A DNA stretch of 64,000 bases. Origin: Gammaproteobacteria bacterium (GTDB lineage Bacteria > Pseudomonadota > Gammaproteobacteria > UBA4575). The position numbers and the translations under genes were made by a program. Under the pieces are notes generated by a model. The model was not told the origin of the DNA. It saw only the letters and a list, made by a program, of their open reading frames with translations, and ran no database searches. The stretch lies in NCBI GenBank assembly GCA_965221955.1, contig CBDCTA010000026.1, positions 31,920 to 95,919 on the forward strand. The letters are read 5' to 3'. Positions 22,371 to 32,783 of this stretch are shown piece after piece; the stretch's first letter is position 1, and the number at the start of each line of letters is the position of its first letter.

Positions 22371-23483
22371 ATGTATTACCGAGAGACAGGCCAAAACGTA
22401 AGTACCTATGCTGAAGATCGTCGCATGGTACCAGTGCGTGAAGATCGCTGGGTCATGTGGGTATTTTTAGCCTTCATGTTTTTTGTTGTGCCATTTTGGG
22501 CCAATGATTACTGGTTTAGTGCAATTCTCATTCCTATGATGGTGTTGGGTATTGCAACGTTAGGCCTAAATATTGCTACCGGTTACACGGGACAACTTTC
22601 TCTGGGTAGTGCAGGCTTTATGTGCTTTGGTGCGTTTACCGCATTTAATTTATTGTTCCGTGTCGAATGGATGAACATCTGGCTAGCCTTCTTATGTGCC
22701 GGAATAGTTGCCGGTTTAGTGGGCATTATATTTGGTTTACCGAGCCTTCGAATTAAAGGGTTTTACTTACTTGTATCTACACTCTGTGCTCAATTTTTTG
22801 CCGAATGGTTTTTTAATGCTTATCCATGGTTTTTGAACTACACTAGTTCTGGTGTTGTGCATTTACCAACATTTCACTATCGTTTCCTTCCGTTCCAGGA
22901 CCAGATTTTTGATTTCTTTGGTTTAGAAAAAGATTACAGCGCCTATGTTTGGCGCTATTTAATAGCACTTATTGTAACGGTGTTATTAACCGTTGCATGT
23001 AAGAATATGGTGCGAAGCTCTACCGGCCGTAATTGGATGGCTGTGCGTGATTTTGATATCGCTGCAAATGTAATTGGAATTTCTGTAGGAAAAACAAAAC
23101 TGAATGCATTTTTCGTTAGCTGTTTCTATTGCGGAATAGCAGGGGCGATGTATTCATATTGCTACATCGGCAATCTGGATTTTATGATTTTCGATTTAAG
23201 AAGATCTTTCCTGGTTATGTTTATGTTGATTTTAGGAGGTATGGGCTCAATTATTGGTTCATTCTTAGGTGCTATATTTGTATATGGTTGGCCAATATTA
23301 TTGACAAGAAGTGCTGATGCGCTATTAGGAGGCGGAGCATTAGACACGGCATTTATTGAGAATAACTCTAAAATTATTGTAGGAACAATAATCGTGTTGT
23401 TATTAATCTATCAACCAATGGGATTTGCTGGGTTGTGGAACACGGTTAAGCATCGTTTACGCATTTGGCCGTTTAAAACGTAA
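22371..23483 (+). CDS. ABC permease, LivM-like
   Basis: GYTGQLSLG, LRIKGFY, GRNWMAVRD. Confidence 0.92.
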   Translation: MYYRETGQNVSTYAEDRRMVPVREDRWVMWVFLAFMFFVVPFWANDYWFSAILIPMMVLGIATLGLNIATGYTGQLSLGSAGFMCFGAFTAFNLLFRVEWMNIWLAFLCAGIVAGLVGIIFGLPSLRIKGFYLLVSTLCAQFFAEWFFNAYPWFLNYTSSGVVHLPTFHYRFLPFQDQIFDFFGLEKDYSAYVWRYLIALIVTVLLTVACKNMVRSSTGRNWMAVRDFDIAANVIGISVGKTKLNAFFVSCFYCGIAGAMYSYCYIGNLDFMIFDLRRSFLVMFMLILGGMGSIIGSFLGAIFVYGWPILLTRSADALLGGGALDTAFIENNSKIIVGTIIVLLLIYQPMGFAGLWNTVKHRLRIWPFKT

Positions 23484-23614
23484 TAAACGGGTAAGGATAA
23501 GAATAAAAAGTTTTTTTGTATTTGTTTTCTAATTCGTTTTTAAATAAATATGAAAATGTAAGTAGCTTGCGCAAGCTATTTTTTAACTAAGAAACTCTCT
23601 TTGGAGGAGTACAC

Positions 23615-24964
23615 ATGAAGAAAAAACTACTAACGTTAGTGGTAGCATTAGGATCGATGCTAGCTGTGAGTACCGCGGTACAAGCAGAAGACACCATGTA
23701 CGTACCGATTCCGAGCTACCGTGTAGGACCATATGCGGCGGGTGGAACGGGCTACTTTGGTGGCATCCTAGACTACTACAACCTATTGAACGAAAGAGAT
23801 GGCGGCGTCAATGGCGTGAAGCTCATCTGGTCAGAGTGCGAAACTGAGTACTCAGTAGAGCGCGGAGTAGAGTGCTACAAGCGACTAAAAGATCGTGAAG
23901 GTGGTGCAGTATTTTTTGACCCATTATCAGTAGGGATCTCCACAGCATTGATTGAGACTGGTCGTAAAGACAAGATGCCCATCATTGCGGTCAACCACGG
24001 TAAGACAGCGGGCCAACGCGGCGACATCTTCCCTTACTACTTTATGCCAGGTATCAACACCTATGACGAACACTCCATTATGGTGCACTTCATTGGTGAC
24101 GTACTCGAAGGCGGACGTGACAACCTAAAAGGCAAGAAAATTGCCATGTTATACCACGGCTCTCCATACGGTCGTGAAGCGATCGACTTCATGGACAGCA
24201 TGTGTGAAAAGCACGGTTGCACCCACCACCCTCTAGAAGTCCCTCATCCAGGTAACGAACAACAATCACAATGGTTGAACATTCGTAAATTAAAGCCTGA
24301 CTATGTACTACTAAGAGGCTGGGGCGTAATGAACCCCGTAGCGATGCAGACCGCAGTACGTACCGGATACCCAGTAAGTCGTCTCATCGGCAACATCTGG
24401 TCCAACTCAGACGAAGACGTCATCCCAGCGGGTAAAGCGGCAGATGGCTACCAAGCCATTACCACCCACCCTGCAGGCACCGACTTCGCAGTGGTACAAG
24501 AAATCATCAAGACCGTATACGGTGCAGGCAACGGCGACTTACAAGACAAGTCACGTTTAGGCTCTGTGTACTGGAACCTAGGTGTATTAGCCGGCGTGGT
24601 GCATACAGAAGCACTCCGTATTGCTCAAGCTCGTTTTGGCAACCGTCCATTGACCTCTGCTGAAGCACGTTGGGGCTTTGAGAACCTACGTCTTGATGCA
24701 GCGCGCATTGAAGAGCTAGGAGCAACCGGGCTTGTGCCTGAGTTGAACCTTACTTGCCTTGACCACGTAGGCGGTCACCTTGCGAAATTCCAACAATGGG
24801 ATGCAGGCAAGCGTCAGTGGAACATCGTATCGGATTGGATTGAGGGCGATGTACCTCTATCACAAGCGATCATCGATGCAGGTGCAGAGCAGTATGCAAC
24901 GGATAACAAAATCGCAGCACGTCCTTGCACCGCTGACAATAATGATGATGACTTTGACTTGTAA
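23615..24964 (+). CDS. ABC substrate-binding protein (Liv-type, probably fatty acid/organic acid)
   Basis: Signal peptide, YRVGPYA, GGVNGV, ECETEY motifs; operon context. Confidence 0.9.
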   Translation: MKKKLLTLVVALGSMLAVSTAVQAEDTMYVPIPSYRVGPYAAGGTGYFGGILDYYNLLNERDGGVNGVKLIWSECETEYSVERGVECYKRLKDREGGAVFFDPLSVGISTALIETGRKDKMPIIAVNHGKTAGQRGDIFPYYFMPGINTYDEHSIMVHFIGDVLEGGRDNLKGKKIAMLYHGSPYGREAIDFMDSMCEKHGCTHHPLEVPHPGNEQQSQWLNIRKLKPDYVLLRGWGVMNPVAMQTAVRTGYPVSRLIGNIWSNSDEDVIPAGKAADGYQAITTHPAGTDFAVVQEIIKTVYGAGNGDLQDKSRLGSVYWNLGVLAGVVHTEALRIAQARFGNRPLTSAEARWGFENLRLDAARIEELGATGLVPELNLTCLDHVGGHLAKFQQWDAGKRQWNIVSDWIEGDVPLSQAIIDAGAEQYATDNKIAARPCTADNNDDDFDL

Positions 24965-24998
24965 GATTTAAATATAAGTTTTAAATCATTTATTTCTT

Positions 24999-25035
24999 CG
25001 CAGCCGGTCAGCCTAAATTAGTTGACCGGCTGTTT
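24999..25035 (+). terminator. Stem-loop after the binding-protein gene (terminator or mRNA stabiliser)
   Basis: CAGCCGGTCAGC-loop-GTTGACCGGCTG. Confidence 0.65.
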
Positions 25036-25138
25036 GAAGAAAATAGATAGTTAAAAAAGGAGTGAATTCTGATTTGTTAAAGCGATTTAATAACTAATAA
25101 ATCAGAGTTTTCTTGAAAAAGATTTAAGGGAAATAGTT

Positions 25139-25945
25139 ATGAGCGATACACCATTACTTTCAATTAATAATATTGAAGCAGTTTATGGTGGTGCAATTTT
25201 GGCACTACGTGGTGTTTCATTGAATGTAAATAAAGGCGAAGTGGTTTCTTTGCTTGGTGCCAATGGTGCAGGTAAGACTACGACCTTGAAAGCCTGTTCA
25301 CGCTTACTTGAAGCAGAGCGTGGCGAAGTGACCAAAGGTGAAATTGAACTCAATGGCGAAGATATTTCCAAGTACAATGCTTATGAAATGGTTAGAAACG
25401 GTGTTGTACAAGTTTTGGAAGGTCGTCATATCTTTGCGCACTTGTCGGTTGAAGAGAACTTAAAAACAGGTTCATTTATTCAAAACATGAGCAAGGCCGA
25501 ACAAAATAGAGGTCTAGAACACGTATACGAATTATTCCCACGTATTAAAGAACGACGTAAGAACCCTGGTGGTTTATGTTCGGGTGGTGAGCAGCAAATG
25601 ATTGCGGTTGGTCGTGCATTGATGTCAAAACCAAGTCTAATTCTTTTAGACGAACCTTCAATGGGTCTTGCACCTCAGTTTATTGAGCAAATTTTTGAAA
25701 TTGTAAAACGTCTTAACGAAGAAGAAGGTGTGAGCTTTCTAGTATCTGAGCAAAATGCAATGGTTGCATTACGTTATGCATCGATCGGTTATGTGATTGA
25801 AAATGGCCGCGTAGTGAAGAAAGGCTTAGCCAAAGAATTACTCGAATCATCTGACGTTGCAGAAATGTATTTGGGTGGTGGTAAGGATGCGGTTTCGTTT
25901 GATGGGGTGAAGTACTATCACCGTCGTAGACCTTGCATGGTTTGA
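25139..25945 (+). CDS. ABC ATPase, LivF-like
   Basis: GANGAGKT, SGGEQQM, LDEPSMGLAP. Confidence 0.93.
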   Translation: MSDTPLLSINNIEAVYGGAILALRGVSLNVNKGEVVSLLGANGAGKTTTLKACSRLLEAERGEVTKGEIELNGEDISKYNAYEMVRNGVVQVLEGRHIFAHLSVEENLKTGSFIQNMSKAEQNRGLEHVYELFPRIKERRKNPGGLCSGGEQQMIAVGRALMSKPSLILLDEPSMGLAPQFIEQIFEIVKRLNEEEGVSFLVSEQNAMVALRYASIGYVIENGRVVKKGLAKELLESSDVAEMYLGGGKDAVSFDGVKYYHRRRPCMV

Positions 25946-26232
25946 TTAGCACAAATCCATCTACTGCGCTGATACTTCGTTCCAAATCTTTTTCCGTTGC
26001 TCATTTACTAGCGTGTAAACTGCGCTATTCAAAAGCTTTGCGCCTCGGCTCAGCACACTAGCTGAATTCCTTAGGGTCTACTAAAACTCGGCGCTTTCTC
26101 GTTCCCACAATAAAATAACTGTTTAATAAGTAACTTATAGTCATAAAATGCGTGTTAACAACTCAATGCGGATATTCAAGCAATTAATTAAATAATTTGC
26201 TCAAATTTTACAATCACTCAATAATCATTAAT

Positions 26233-26589
26233 TCACTTATCAAGCAAACAATCTTTTTTTTGTATTCCGGCACTACCTCCATATTCAGTTTTTTCACTTA
26301 TGCTCAATGTTAATCTAAGCTTTGATTCTTCTACAACATAATGGGCTGCTTCTATTTTTAAACTGTGTGGATACAAGAAATCTTCAGTTTTTTTAATATG
26401 CTTGAAGCAACTCTTTATGTCTTTTTTTGTGACTAATTCATCAGGTGCTTTAGTTTCTGAATACGCAATATTAAATGTTACAAGACTAATTAGTAATCCT
26501 ACTCCAAATCCAGTAACCATCTTTGTGAAGGTTCTCTTGTCTTTCATACATGCTCCAAAAATAATTTTTTGTGTAATTAATAGACCCAA
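26233..26589 (-). CDS. Hypothetical exported protein (start probably at MKDKR)
   Basis: Hydrophobic signal-like segment then a soluble domain with two Cys. Confidence 0.5.
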   Translation of the reverse strand: MGLLITQKIIFGACMKDKRTFTKMVTGFGVGLLISLVTFNIAYSETKAPDELVTKKDIKSCFKHIKKTEDFLYPHSLKIEAAHYVVEESKLRLTLSISEKTEYGGSAGIQKKDCLLDK

Positions 26590-26778
26590 GTAATGTTGAT
26601 ATTATCACTAAGCTAATAGAACGAATATTTTTAAAGCATTGTTCTTTAAAGAAAGTGCCATAAGGCCACATTATGAAATTTACTAGTCATTTTAGGCTGG
26701 GTAGAGAATTCTTACTAAGCTGAGTATTTATATAGATATTATTAATCAATAATGACGCTTTGATAGAAAGCAGACAAT

Positions 26779-27732
26779 TTAAGCAGCTTTTTCTAGTCGA
26801 CTTAGCCAGACGTTTAGCCCTGCAGCGTTAAGGTTGAGGTCGGGTTGCAGGAATTGAGTGAATTGTTTTATTTCTTGGTTCGTATAGTTTTCTTGCAGTC
26901 TTTCTTGTAAGTAATTATCTAAATCACTGCGGATCTTTTTTTCTGAATCTTCAGTGTTCAAATATTGCTTGGTAATTTCTGCATATTTTGCAAGATCTTG
27001 TCGTAATTCGTTAGCGAGTCTTTCTATTTCTGTTACACGTCCAAAGTGGGTGAGGTAAATATACTTTGGATGTAATGCAAGTAGCTTATCTAGAGAGTTA
27101 AACCACGGTTCTGGTTCGAATTGAACTGGGGTGGTAGTGGGTAAAATAAAATCAGAATTATCTTTTTGCATTTCGCGGTACGATAAACCAAAGGTATCAC
27201 CGCTGAAAATGCCACTACTCGTTTCGTCATAGATACAAAAGTGGTGGCGAGCATGACCAGGGGTGTCTAGAAATTTTAGTGTTCTATTGGCAAGTTTTAT
27301 TTCATCGTTATCATTGGTAGTGACTACGCGTTGTTCTTCAATTGGAACAATTTCGCCAAATAGTTTTGTAAACTTTTCTTTTCCATATACTGCGGTGGCG
27401 CCCATAATTAATTTTTCAGGATTAATCATGTGAGGGGCTCCACGTGGGTGAATAACCAATTTTGCATTGGGTAGTTTGCTCATTAGCAAACCTGCACCAC
27501 CAGCGTGATCAAGATGCACATGGGTGGGTATTACATAGTCGATATCATTGATGCTTAAATTTTTAAGCTTTAATGTTTCTAATAAATAAGGAACAGTATG
27601 TCCGGTGCCTGTATCAATAAAAACAGCGCGTCCATTTTGAATCATAAGGTAACAAGCTGCATGACCTGCATGTTGATACATAGTGTCAATGCATGTAATA
27701 CCATGCTCATATTCGTGCAAAAGTGGTTTCAT
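26779..27732 (-). CDS. MBL-fold metallo-hydrolase
   Basis: THVHLDHAGG, TPGHA, GD and THFG motifs. Confidence 0.93.
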   Translation of the reverse strand: MKPLLHEYEHGITCIDTMYQHAGHAACYLMIQNGRAVFIDTGTGHTVPYLLETLKLKNLSINDIDYVIPTHVHLDHAGGAGLLMSKLPNAKLVIHPRGAPHMINPEKLIMGATAVYGKEKFTKLFGEIVPIEEQRVVTTNDNDEIKLANRTLKFLDTPGHARHHFCIYDETSSGIFSGDTFGLSYREMQKDNSDFILPTTTPVQFEPEPWFNSLDKLLALHPKYIYLTHFGRVTEIERLANELRQDLAKYAEITKQYLNTEDSEKKIRSDLDNYLQERLQENYTNQEIKQFTQFLQPDLNLNAAGLNVWLSRLEKAA

Positions 27733-27750
27733 TCGATGTTAACGTTTGGT

Positions 27751-28233
27751 TTATTTAAGCAGATTCGTTGCGCTGACGATGATGCCATCTTCGTCTGCAT
27801 ATAAAAAATGTCCTGGAACAAAATCTACATCGGCAAAATGAACAGTGAGTTGTTTTTCGCCAATGCCTTTTTTCTCTGTTTTCATTGGTAATGTGCATAA
27901 TGCTTTGCAGCCAATATTGATGGTAGCGATGACTCCTGAATCGCGGATACAACCATTCACTACAATCCCAGACCAATGATTATCCGCACCTGCTTGTGCG
28001 AGCAAGTCACCTACTAGCGCACGACGAGTTGATCCACCACCATCTATGACAAGTACTTTACTGTCACCAGGTGATTTGAGTGCTTCTCTTACGAGTGAAT
28101 TATCTTCAAAACATTTGATGGTATAAATTTCTCCAGAGAATGAGAGGCTACCGCCATAGTTTCTAAACAGTGGTTGGGCAACAGAGATTTTTCCTTCATG
28201 ATCGTCACATAAGTCTGCTGTTTTAAATTGCAT
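27751..28233 (-). CDS. rraA: RraA family protein (regulator of RNase E / HMG aldolase-like)
   Basis: TADLCD, CFEDNS, VLVIDGGGS, GCIRD, YADEDG. Confidence 0.93.
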   Translation of the reverse strand: MQFKTADLCDDHEGKISVAQPLFRNYGGSLSFSGEIYTIKCFEDNSLVREALKSPGDSKVLVIDGGGSTRRALVGDLLAQAGADNHWSGIVVNGCIRDSGVIATINIGCKALCTLPMKTEKKGIGEKQLTVHFADVDFVPGHFLYADEDGIIVSATNLLK

Positions 28234-28507
28234 AAATTTTTTCCTTCTTATTGTCTTCTAGTAAGAGTGATCTACTGAATTCTCAGCGTAAGGCTTCTTA
28301 ATATACCCCATGATAGGTAGCAAAAGCGTCATTTAAACGGACTCAAATAACAAACTTATTTCCCTATTCATGACTTGCATGACCGATCACTCATTTTTTA
28401 TAGTCAGGCTAAATTAGGATCTGGTAATATACACGGCCCACAGACATTTGTGGGATTGGGAGTCGAATTTTTAAATTTCACAGAAGGGCTTTTTCAAGGA
28501 GAAGATC

Positions 28508-29833
28508 GTGAGCAAGAGCAGAGCAGAGCAGATAAAAGAATTAGAACAAGATTGGGCGAGTAACCCGCGTTGGGCAAATGTTAAACGTGATTACAGTGCT
28601 GAAGATGTTGTGCGTCTACGTGGCAGTGTACAGCCTGAACACACTCTTGCACGTAGAGGCGCTGAAAAACTTTGGGAAAAAGTAAATGGCACAGCGAAAA
28701 AAGGTTATGTAAATGCTTTTGGTGCGATCACTGCTGGACAAGCGATGCAACAAGCTAAGGCAGGTTTAGAAGCCGTTTATTTATCAGGTTGGCAGGTTGC
28801 TGCAGATGGCAACACTTCTGAAACGATGTATCCAGATCAATCTTTATATGCATACGATTCTGTTCCTACCATGGTACGACGCATCAACAATACGTTTAAG
28901 CGTGCAGACGAAATTCAGTGGAAAAACATTGCTGATGGAAAAATGTCTGAAGACGATGCGATTGATTACTTTCTTCCAATCGTTGCGGATGCTGAAGCAG
29001 GTTTCGGTGGTGTGTTAAACGCTTATGAGTTAATGAAAAACATGATCGCAAATGGTGCTGCAGGTGCGCACTTTGAAGATCAGCTTGCAGCGGTTAAGAA
29101 GTGTGGTCACATGGGTGGTAAAGTGTTAGTGCCTACACAGGAAGCAGTACAAAAATTATTGGCTGCTCGTTTAGCTGCAGATGTTATGAGTGTGCCTACC
29201 ATTGTTCTAGCTCGTACAGATGCAGAAGCGGCAAACTTATTAACCAGTGATTTTGACGACAATGACAAGCCTTTCTTAACAGGCGAGCGTACTCAAGAAG
29301 GTTTTTATCGTGTGAAGAATGGTTTAGAGCAAGCTATTAGTCGCGGTGTTGCCTACGCGCCTTACGCAGATTTAGTGTGGTGTGAAACAGGTAAACCTGA
29401 TATTGGTTTTGCGCGTGAATTTGCACAAGCAGTGCAAGCTGCTGTTCCTGGGCAAATCATGTCATATAACTGTTCGCCTTCATTTAACTGGAGGAAGAAC
29501 TTAAGCGATTCACAAATTGCAAGTTTCCAAGAAGAGCTTTCTGATTTAGGTTACAAATTCCAGTTCATCACCTTGGCGGGTATTCACCTTAATTGGTACC
29601 GTACTTTCGACTTAGCGTACAACTACGCACGAGGTGAAGGTATGAAGCACTATGTCGATATGGTTCAAGAGCCTGAATTTGATGGTCGTGAGCGAGGCTA
29701 TACTTTCGTTTCTCACCAGCAAGAAGTAGGTGCAGGATATTTCGACGATGTTACTACTGTAATCCAAGGTGGCTCATCTTCCGTTACAGCATTAACGGGT
29801 TCTACAGAAGAAGAGCAATTTGACGAAAAATAA
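28508..29833 (+). CDS. aceA: Isocitrate lyase
   Basis: KKCGHMGGK signature, [17 protein letters not shown]. Confidence 0.98.
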   Translation: MSKSRAEQIKELEQDWASNPRWANVKRDYSAEDVVRLRGSVQPEHTLARRGAEKLWEKVNGTAKKGYVNAFGAITAGQAMQQAKAGLEAVYLSGWQVAADGNTSETMYPDQSLYAYDSVPTMVRRINNTFKRADEIQWKNIADGKMSEDDAIDYFLPIVADAEAGFGGVLNAYELMKNMIANGAAGAHFEDQLAAVKKCGHMGGKVLVPTQEAVQKLLAARLAADVMSVPTIVLARTDAEAANLLTSDFDDNDKPFLTGERTQEGFYRVKNGLEQAISRGVAYAPYADLVWCETGKPDIGFAREFAQAVQAAVPGQIMSYNCSPSFNWRKNLSDSQIASFQEELSDLGYKFQFITLAGIHLNWYRTFDLAYNYARGEGMKHYVDMVQEPEFDGRERGYTFVSHQQEVGAGYFDDVTTVIQGGSSSVTALTGSTEEEQFDEK

Positions 29834-29851
29834 TTAAAATAAAATCTAGTA

Positions 29852-29886
29852 AAGCCCGGTATGTTATTCACATATCGGGTTTTTTT
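29852..29886 (+). terminator. Intrinsic terminator after aceA
   Basis: AGCCCGGTATG-loop-CATATCGGGTT followed by a T run. Confidence 0.8.
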
Positions 29887-29983
29887 GTGTCTATAGTTTG
29901 AAAGGGCTTGTTAATAAAGCATGTCTTTATTATATAAACTATAATCAAACTTAATTTATAAAAACAAAATTCAAGGACTATTA

Positions 29984-31342
29984 ATGGCGAATCAGCCTTA
30001 CCAACATGTTCAAGTTCCTGCTGATGGTGAAGTCATTCAGCTTAACTCTGACAATACATTACAAGTGCCAGACAACCCTATTATTCCTTTTGTAGAAGGC
30101 GACGGAATAGGGATTGATGTGACGCCAGTGATGCGCCGAGTGGTTACTTCAGCAGTTGATCAAGCTTATGAGAAGAAGCGTCGAATACGCTGGATGGAAA
30201 TTTATGCAGGAGAGAAAGCATCGCGATTATATGGTGCGGCGAGTTTTTTGCCTGAAGAAACACTTGATGTAATGCGTGAGTACATTGTTTCTATTAAAGG
30301 TCCGCTTGCAACTCCGGTAGGCGAAGGTATGCGATCGTTAAATGTGTCGATACGTCAAGTGTTAGATCTGTATGCATGTGTGCGACCGATTCGTTATTTT
30401 TCAGGAACCCCTACTCCACTTAGAGATTCAGGTACAACCGACATGGTGATCTTCCGTGAAAATACTGAAGATATTTATGCAGGTATTGAATGGGAAGCAA
30501 TGAGTGCAGAGGCTAAAAAAGTTATTAAGTTTTTGTCTGAAGAAATGGGTGTTACAAAAATCCGTTTTCCTGAAACTTCTGGAATTGGGGTTAAACCCGT
30601 ATCTAAAGAAGGTTCTGAACGTTTAATACGAAAAGCAATTCAATACGCAGTAGATAATGATAGAGACAATGTTTCTTTAGTGCATAAAGGTAATATTATG
30701 AAATTTACCGAAGGTGCATTTCGAAACTGGGGATTTGAATTAGCTGTTCGTGAATTTGGCGCTGAACTTATTGGTGATGGACCATGGTGTAAATTTAATA
30801 ATCCAAATACAGGTAAAGAAATAATAATTAAAGACGTAATTGCAGATAATTTTTTACAACAAATTCTTTTAAACCCAGAAGACTATGATGTCATTGCGAC
30901 ATTAAACTTAAATGGTGATTATATTTCAGATGCACTTGCAGCACAGGTGGGTGGAATCGGTATAGCGCCGGGCGGTAATATTTCTGACAGTGTTGCGGTG
31001 TTTGAAGCGACACACGGCACTGCACCAGGATTTGCAGGCAAGAATCGTGTTAATCCAGGTTCGATTATTTTATCTGCGGAGATGATGTTACGATATATAG
31101 GTTGGGATGAAGCTGCAGACTTAATCGTAAAAGGCGTTGAGGGTGCGATTGCTGCAAGAACGGTTACTTATGATTTAGCTCGTGCACGGGCAGGATTCAC
31201 TGCTAGAGGCGCAAAAGGCCGTCGTCCTGGAACTTCTAAAGAAGTTCAAGAGGATCTCGAGCGCTTAATGCCAGGTGCTACATTAGTCAGCACCTCTGGA
31301 TTTGGCGAAGAAATAATCAAAAATATGTCTCTAGAAATTTAG
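29984..31342 (+). CDS. icd: Dimeric isocitrate dehydrogenase (E. coli Icd type, atypical coenzyme loop)
   Basis: [44 protein letters not shown]. Confidence 0.93.
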   Translation: MANQPYQHVQVPADGEVIQLNSDNTLQVPDNPIIPFVEGDGIGIDVTPVMRRVVTSAVDQAYEKKRRIRWMEIYAGEKASRLYGAASFLPEETLDVMREYIVSIKGPLATPVGEGMRSLNVSIRQVLDLYACVRPIRYFSGTPTPLRDSGTTDMVIFRENTEDIYAGIEWEAMSAEAKKVIKFLSEEMGVTKIRFPETSGIGVKPVSKEGSERLIRKAIQYAVDNDRDNVSLVHKGNIMKFTEGAFRNWGFELAVREFGAELIGDGPWCKFNNPNTGKEIIIKDVIADNFLQQILLNPEDYDVIATLNLNGDYISDALAAQVGGIGIAPGGNISDSVAVFEATHGTAPGFAGKNRVNPGSIILSAEMMLRYIGWDEAADLIVKGVEGAIAARTVTYDLARARAGFTARGAKGRRPGTSKEVQEDLERLMPGATLVSTSGFGEEIIKNMSLEI

Positions 31343-31521
31343 GAAAATCAAGGTCTAACCGATAATTATTAATGTTTCTCATGTAATATAGGGACTTGCA
31401 TTACTTGAATGATACGTATTCAAGTGCAATGTGAAAAAGTGATGCAATATTTATATAGTAGCTAATAAGTCTCTTTCTTTATAATTAATGGTTTCTATAG
31501 TACTTAAACCCAGGATTAAAC

Positions 31522-32211
31522 ATGCGGATTGCGCTGTTAGAAGATGATCGCGATCAAGCTGATATTATCGGAGTTTGGTTAAATGATGCTGGGCATCATC
31601 CTTATGTTTATCATGCGGGCAGCCAAATAGTAGGTGCGCTAAGCACAGAAAGCTTCGACGTCATTATGCTTGATTGGGAAGTACCTGATATGAGCGGTTT
31701 GGAGGTCTTGCGATGGATTCGCGAGAACTTAGATTGGGCATGCCCAGTCATTTTTATTACCCAACGCGATCAAGAAAGTGACGTAGTAGCTGCACTTGAG
31801 GCAGGTGCGGATGATTATATGGCTAAGCCTGTTAATCGTGCAGAGATGCTTGCGCGAATTGGTGCTATACACAGAAGAAATAATCCACCGGAAGAAGATG
31901 ATTCTGTTCTGGAAATTCCGCCTTATGTTATCGATTTAAAAAAGCGCAATATAGTATGTAAAGGCGTTGAAATTGATTTAACACAGAAAGAATATGAGCT
32001 GGCTTTATTTATATTGCGTAATGTCGGTAGAGTTTTATCACGCGGTTATTTATTAGAGCGAGTATGGGGCAAGAATCCTGAGATTAATACACGTACTGTA
32101 GATACTCATGTAAGTCGTTTGCGCCGTAAACTCGCATTTACTAAAGAAAATGGTTGGAAACTTACTTCAGTCTATCAGCATGGGTATCGTTTAGAGCCTG
32201 ATACTGATTAA
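31522..32211 (+). CDS. OmpR-family response regulator
   Basis: REC (LEDD, LDW, GADDY..KP) plus winged helix (RTVDTHVSRLR). Confidence 0.95.
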   Translation: MRIALLEDDRDQADIIGVWLNDAGHHPYVYHAGSQIVGALSTESFDVIMLDWEVPDMSGLEVLRWIRENLDWACPVIFITQRDQESDVVAALEAGADDYMAKPVNRAEMLARIGAIHRRNNPPEEDDSVLEIPPYVIDLKKRNIVCKGVEIDLTQKEYELALFILRNVGRVLSRGYLLERVWGKNPEINTRTVDTHVSRLRRKLAFTKENGWKLTSVYQHGYRLEPDTD

Positions 32212-32279
32212 TGTATTCAAATAAGCGCAAAGCTAAAATCCTATAACTTATTGGGCGTGAGTTTCAGTTGTCATTGTCT

Positions 32280-32783
32280 ATGACAGTTATCCATAAAAAA
32301 ATTTGCATGATTGGCGACTTTGCAGTCGGCAAGACGAGTATCACTTCGCGCTTTGTAAAAAATATATTTTCCGATAAATATCATAGTACTGTAGGCGTTA
32401 AAGTCGATTCCAAAGAAGTTAGTATTGATGGTCAAACAACATTGAAGTTAATGATTTGGGATATGGCAGGAAAAGATAGCTTTTCGACTCTAGATGAAAA
32501 CTACTTAAAAGGGTCATCAGGTTATTTATTGGTAGCAGACGGTACACGGTTAAATACGATTGAAACAGCTTATAAGCTTCAGCAACATATTGAGGATAAA
32601 TTTGGCAAATTGCCATTTTGCATGTTAATCAACAAAAGTGATTTAACAGATGAATGGAAATATTCTGTAGATAAATTAAACGAAGTAAAAACTGATGGTT
32701 GGAAATGTTTTGAAACCAGTGCGAAGTCAGGCGAGCATATTAATCGTACATTTACAGAGCTTGGGAGAAAATTGCTTAAATGA
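32280..32783 (+). CDS. Small Ras/Rab-like GTPase (prokaryotic Rup-type)
   Basis: G1 GDFAVGKT, G2 STVG, G3 WDMAG, G4 NKSD, G5 ETSAK; ATG at 32280. Confidence 0.9.
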   Translation: MTVIHKKICMIGDFAVGKTSITSRFVKNIFSDKYHSTVGVKVDSKEVSIDGQTTLKLMIWDMAGKDSFSTLDENYLKGSSGYLLVADGTRLNTIETAYKLQQHIEDKFGKLPFCMLINKSDLTDEWKYSVDKLNEVKTDGWKCFETSAKSGEHINRTFTELGRKLLK

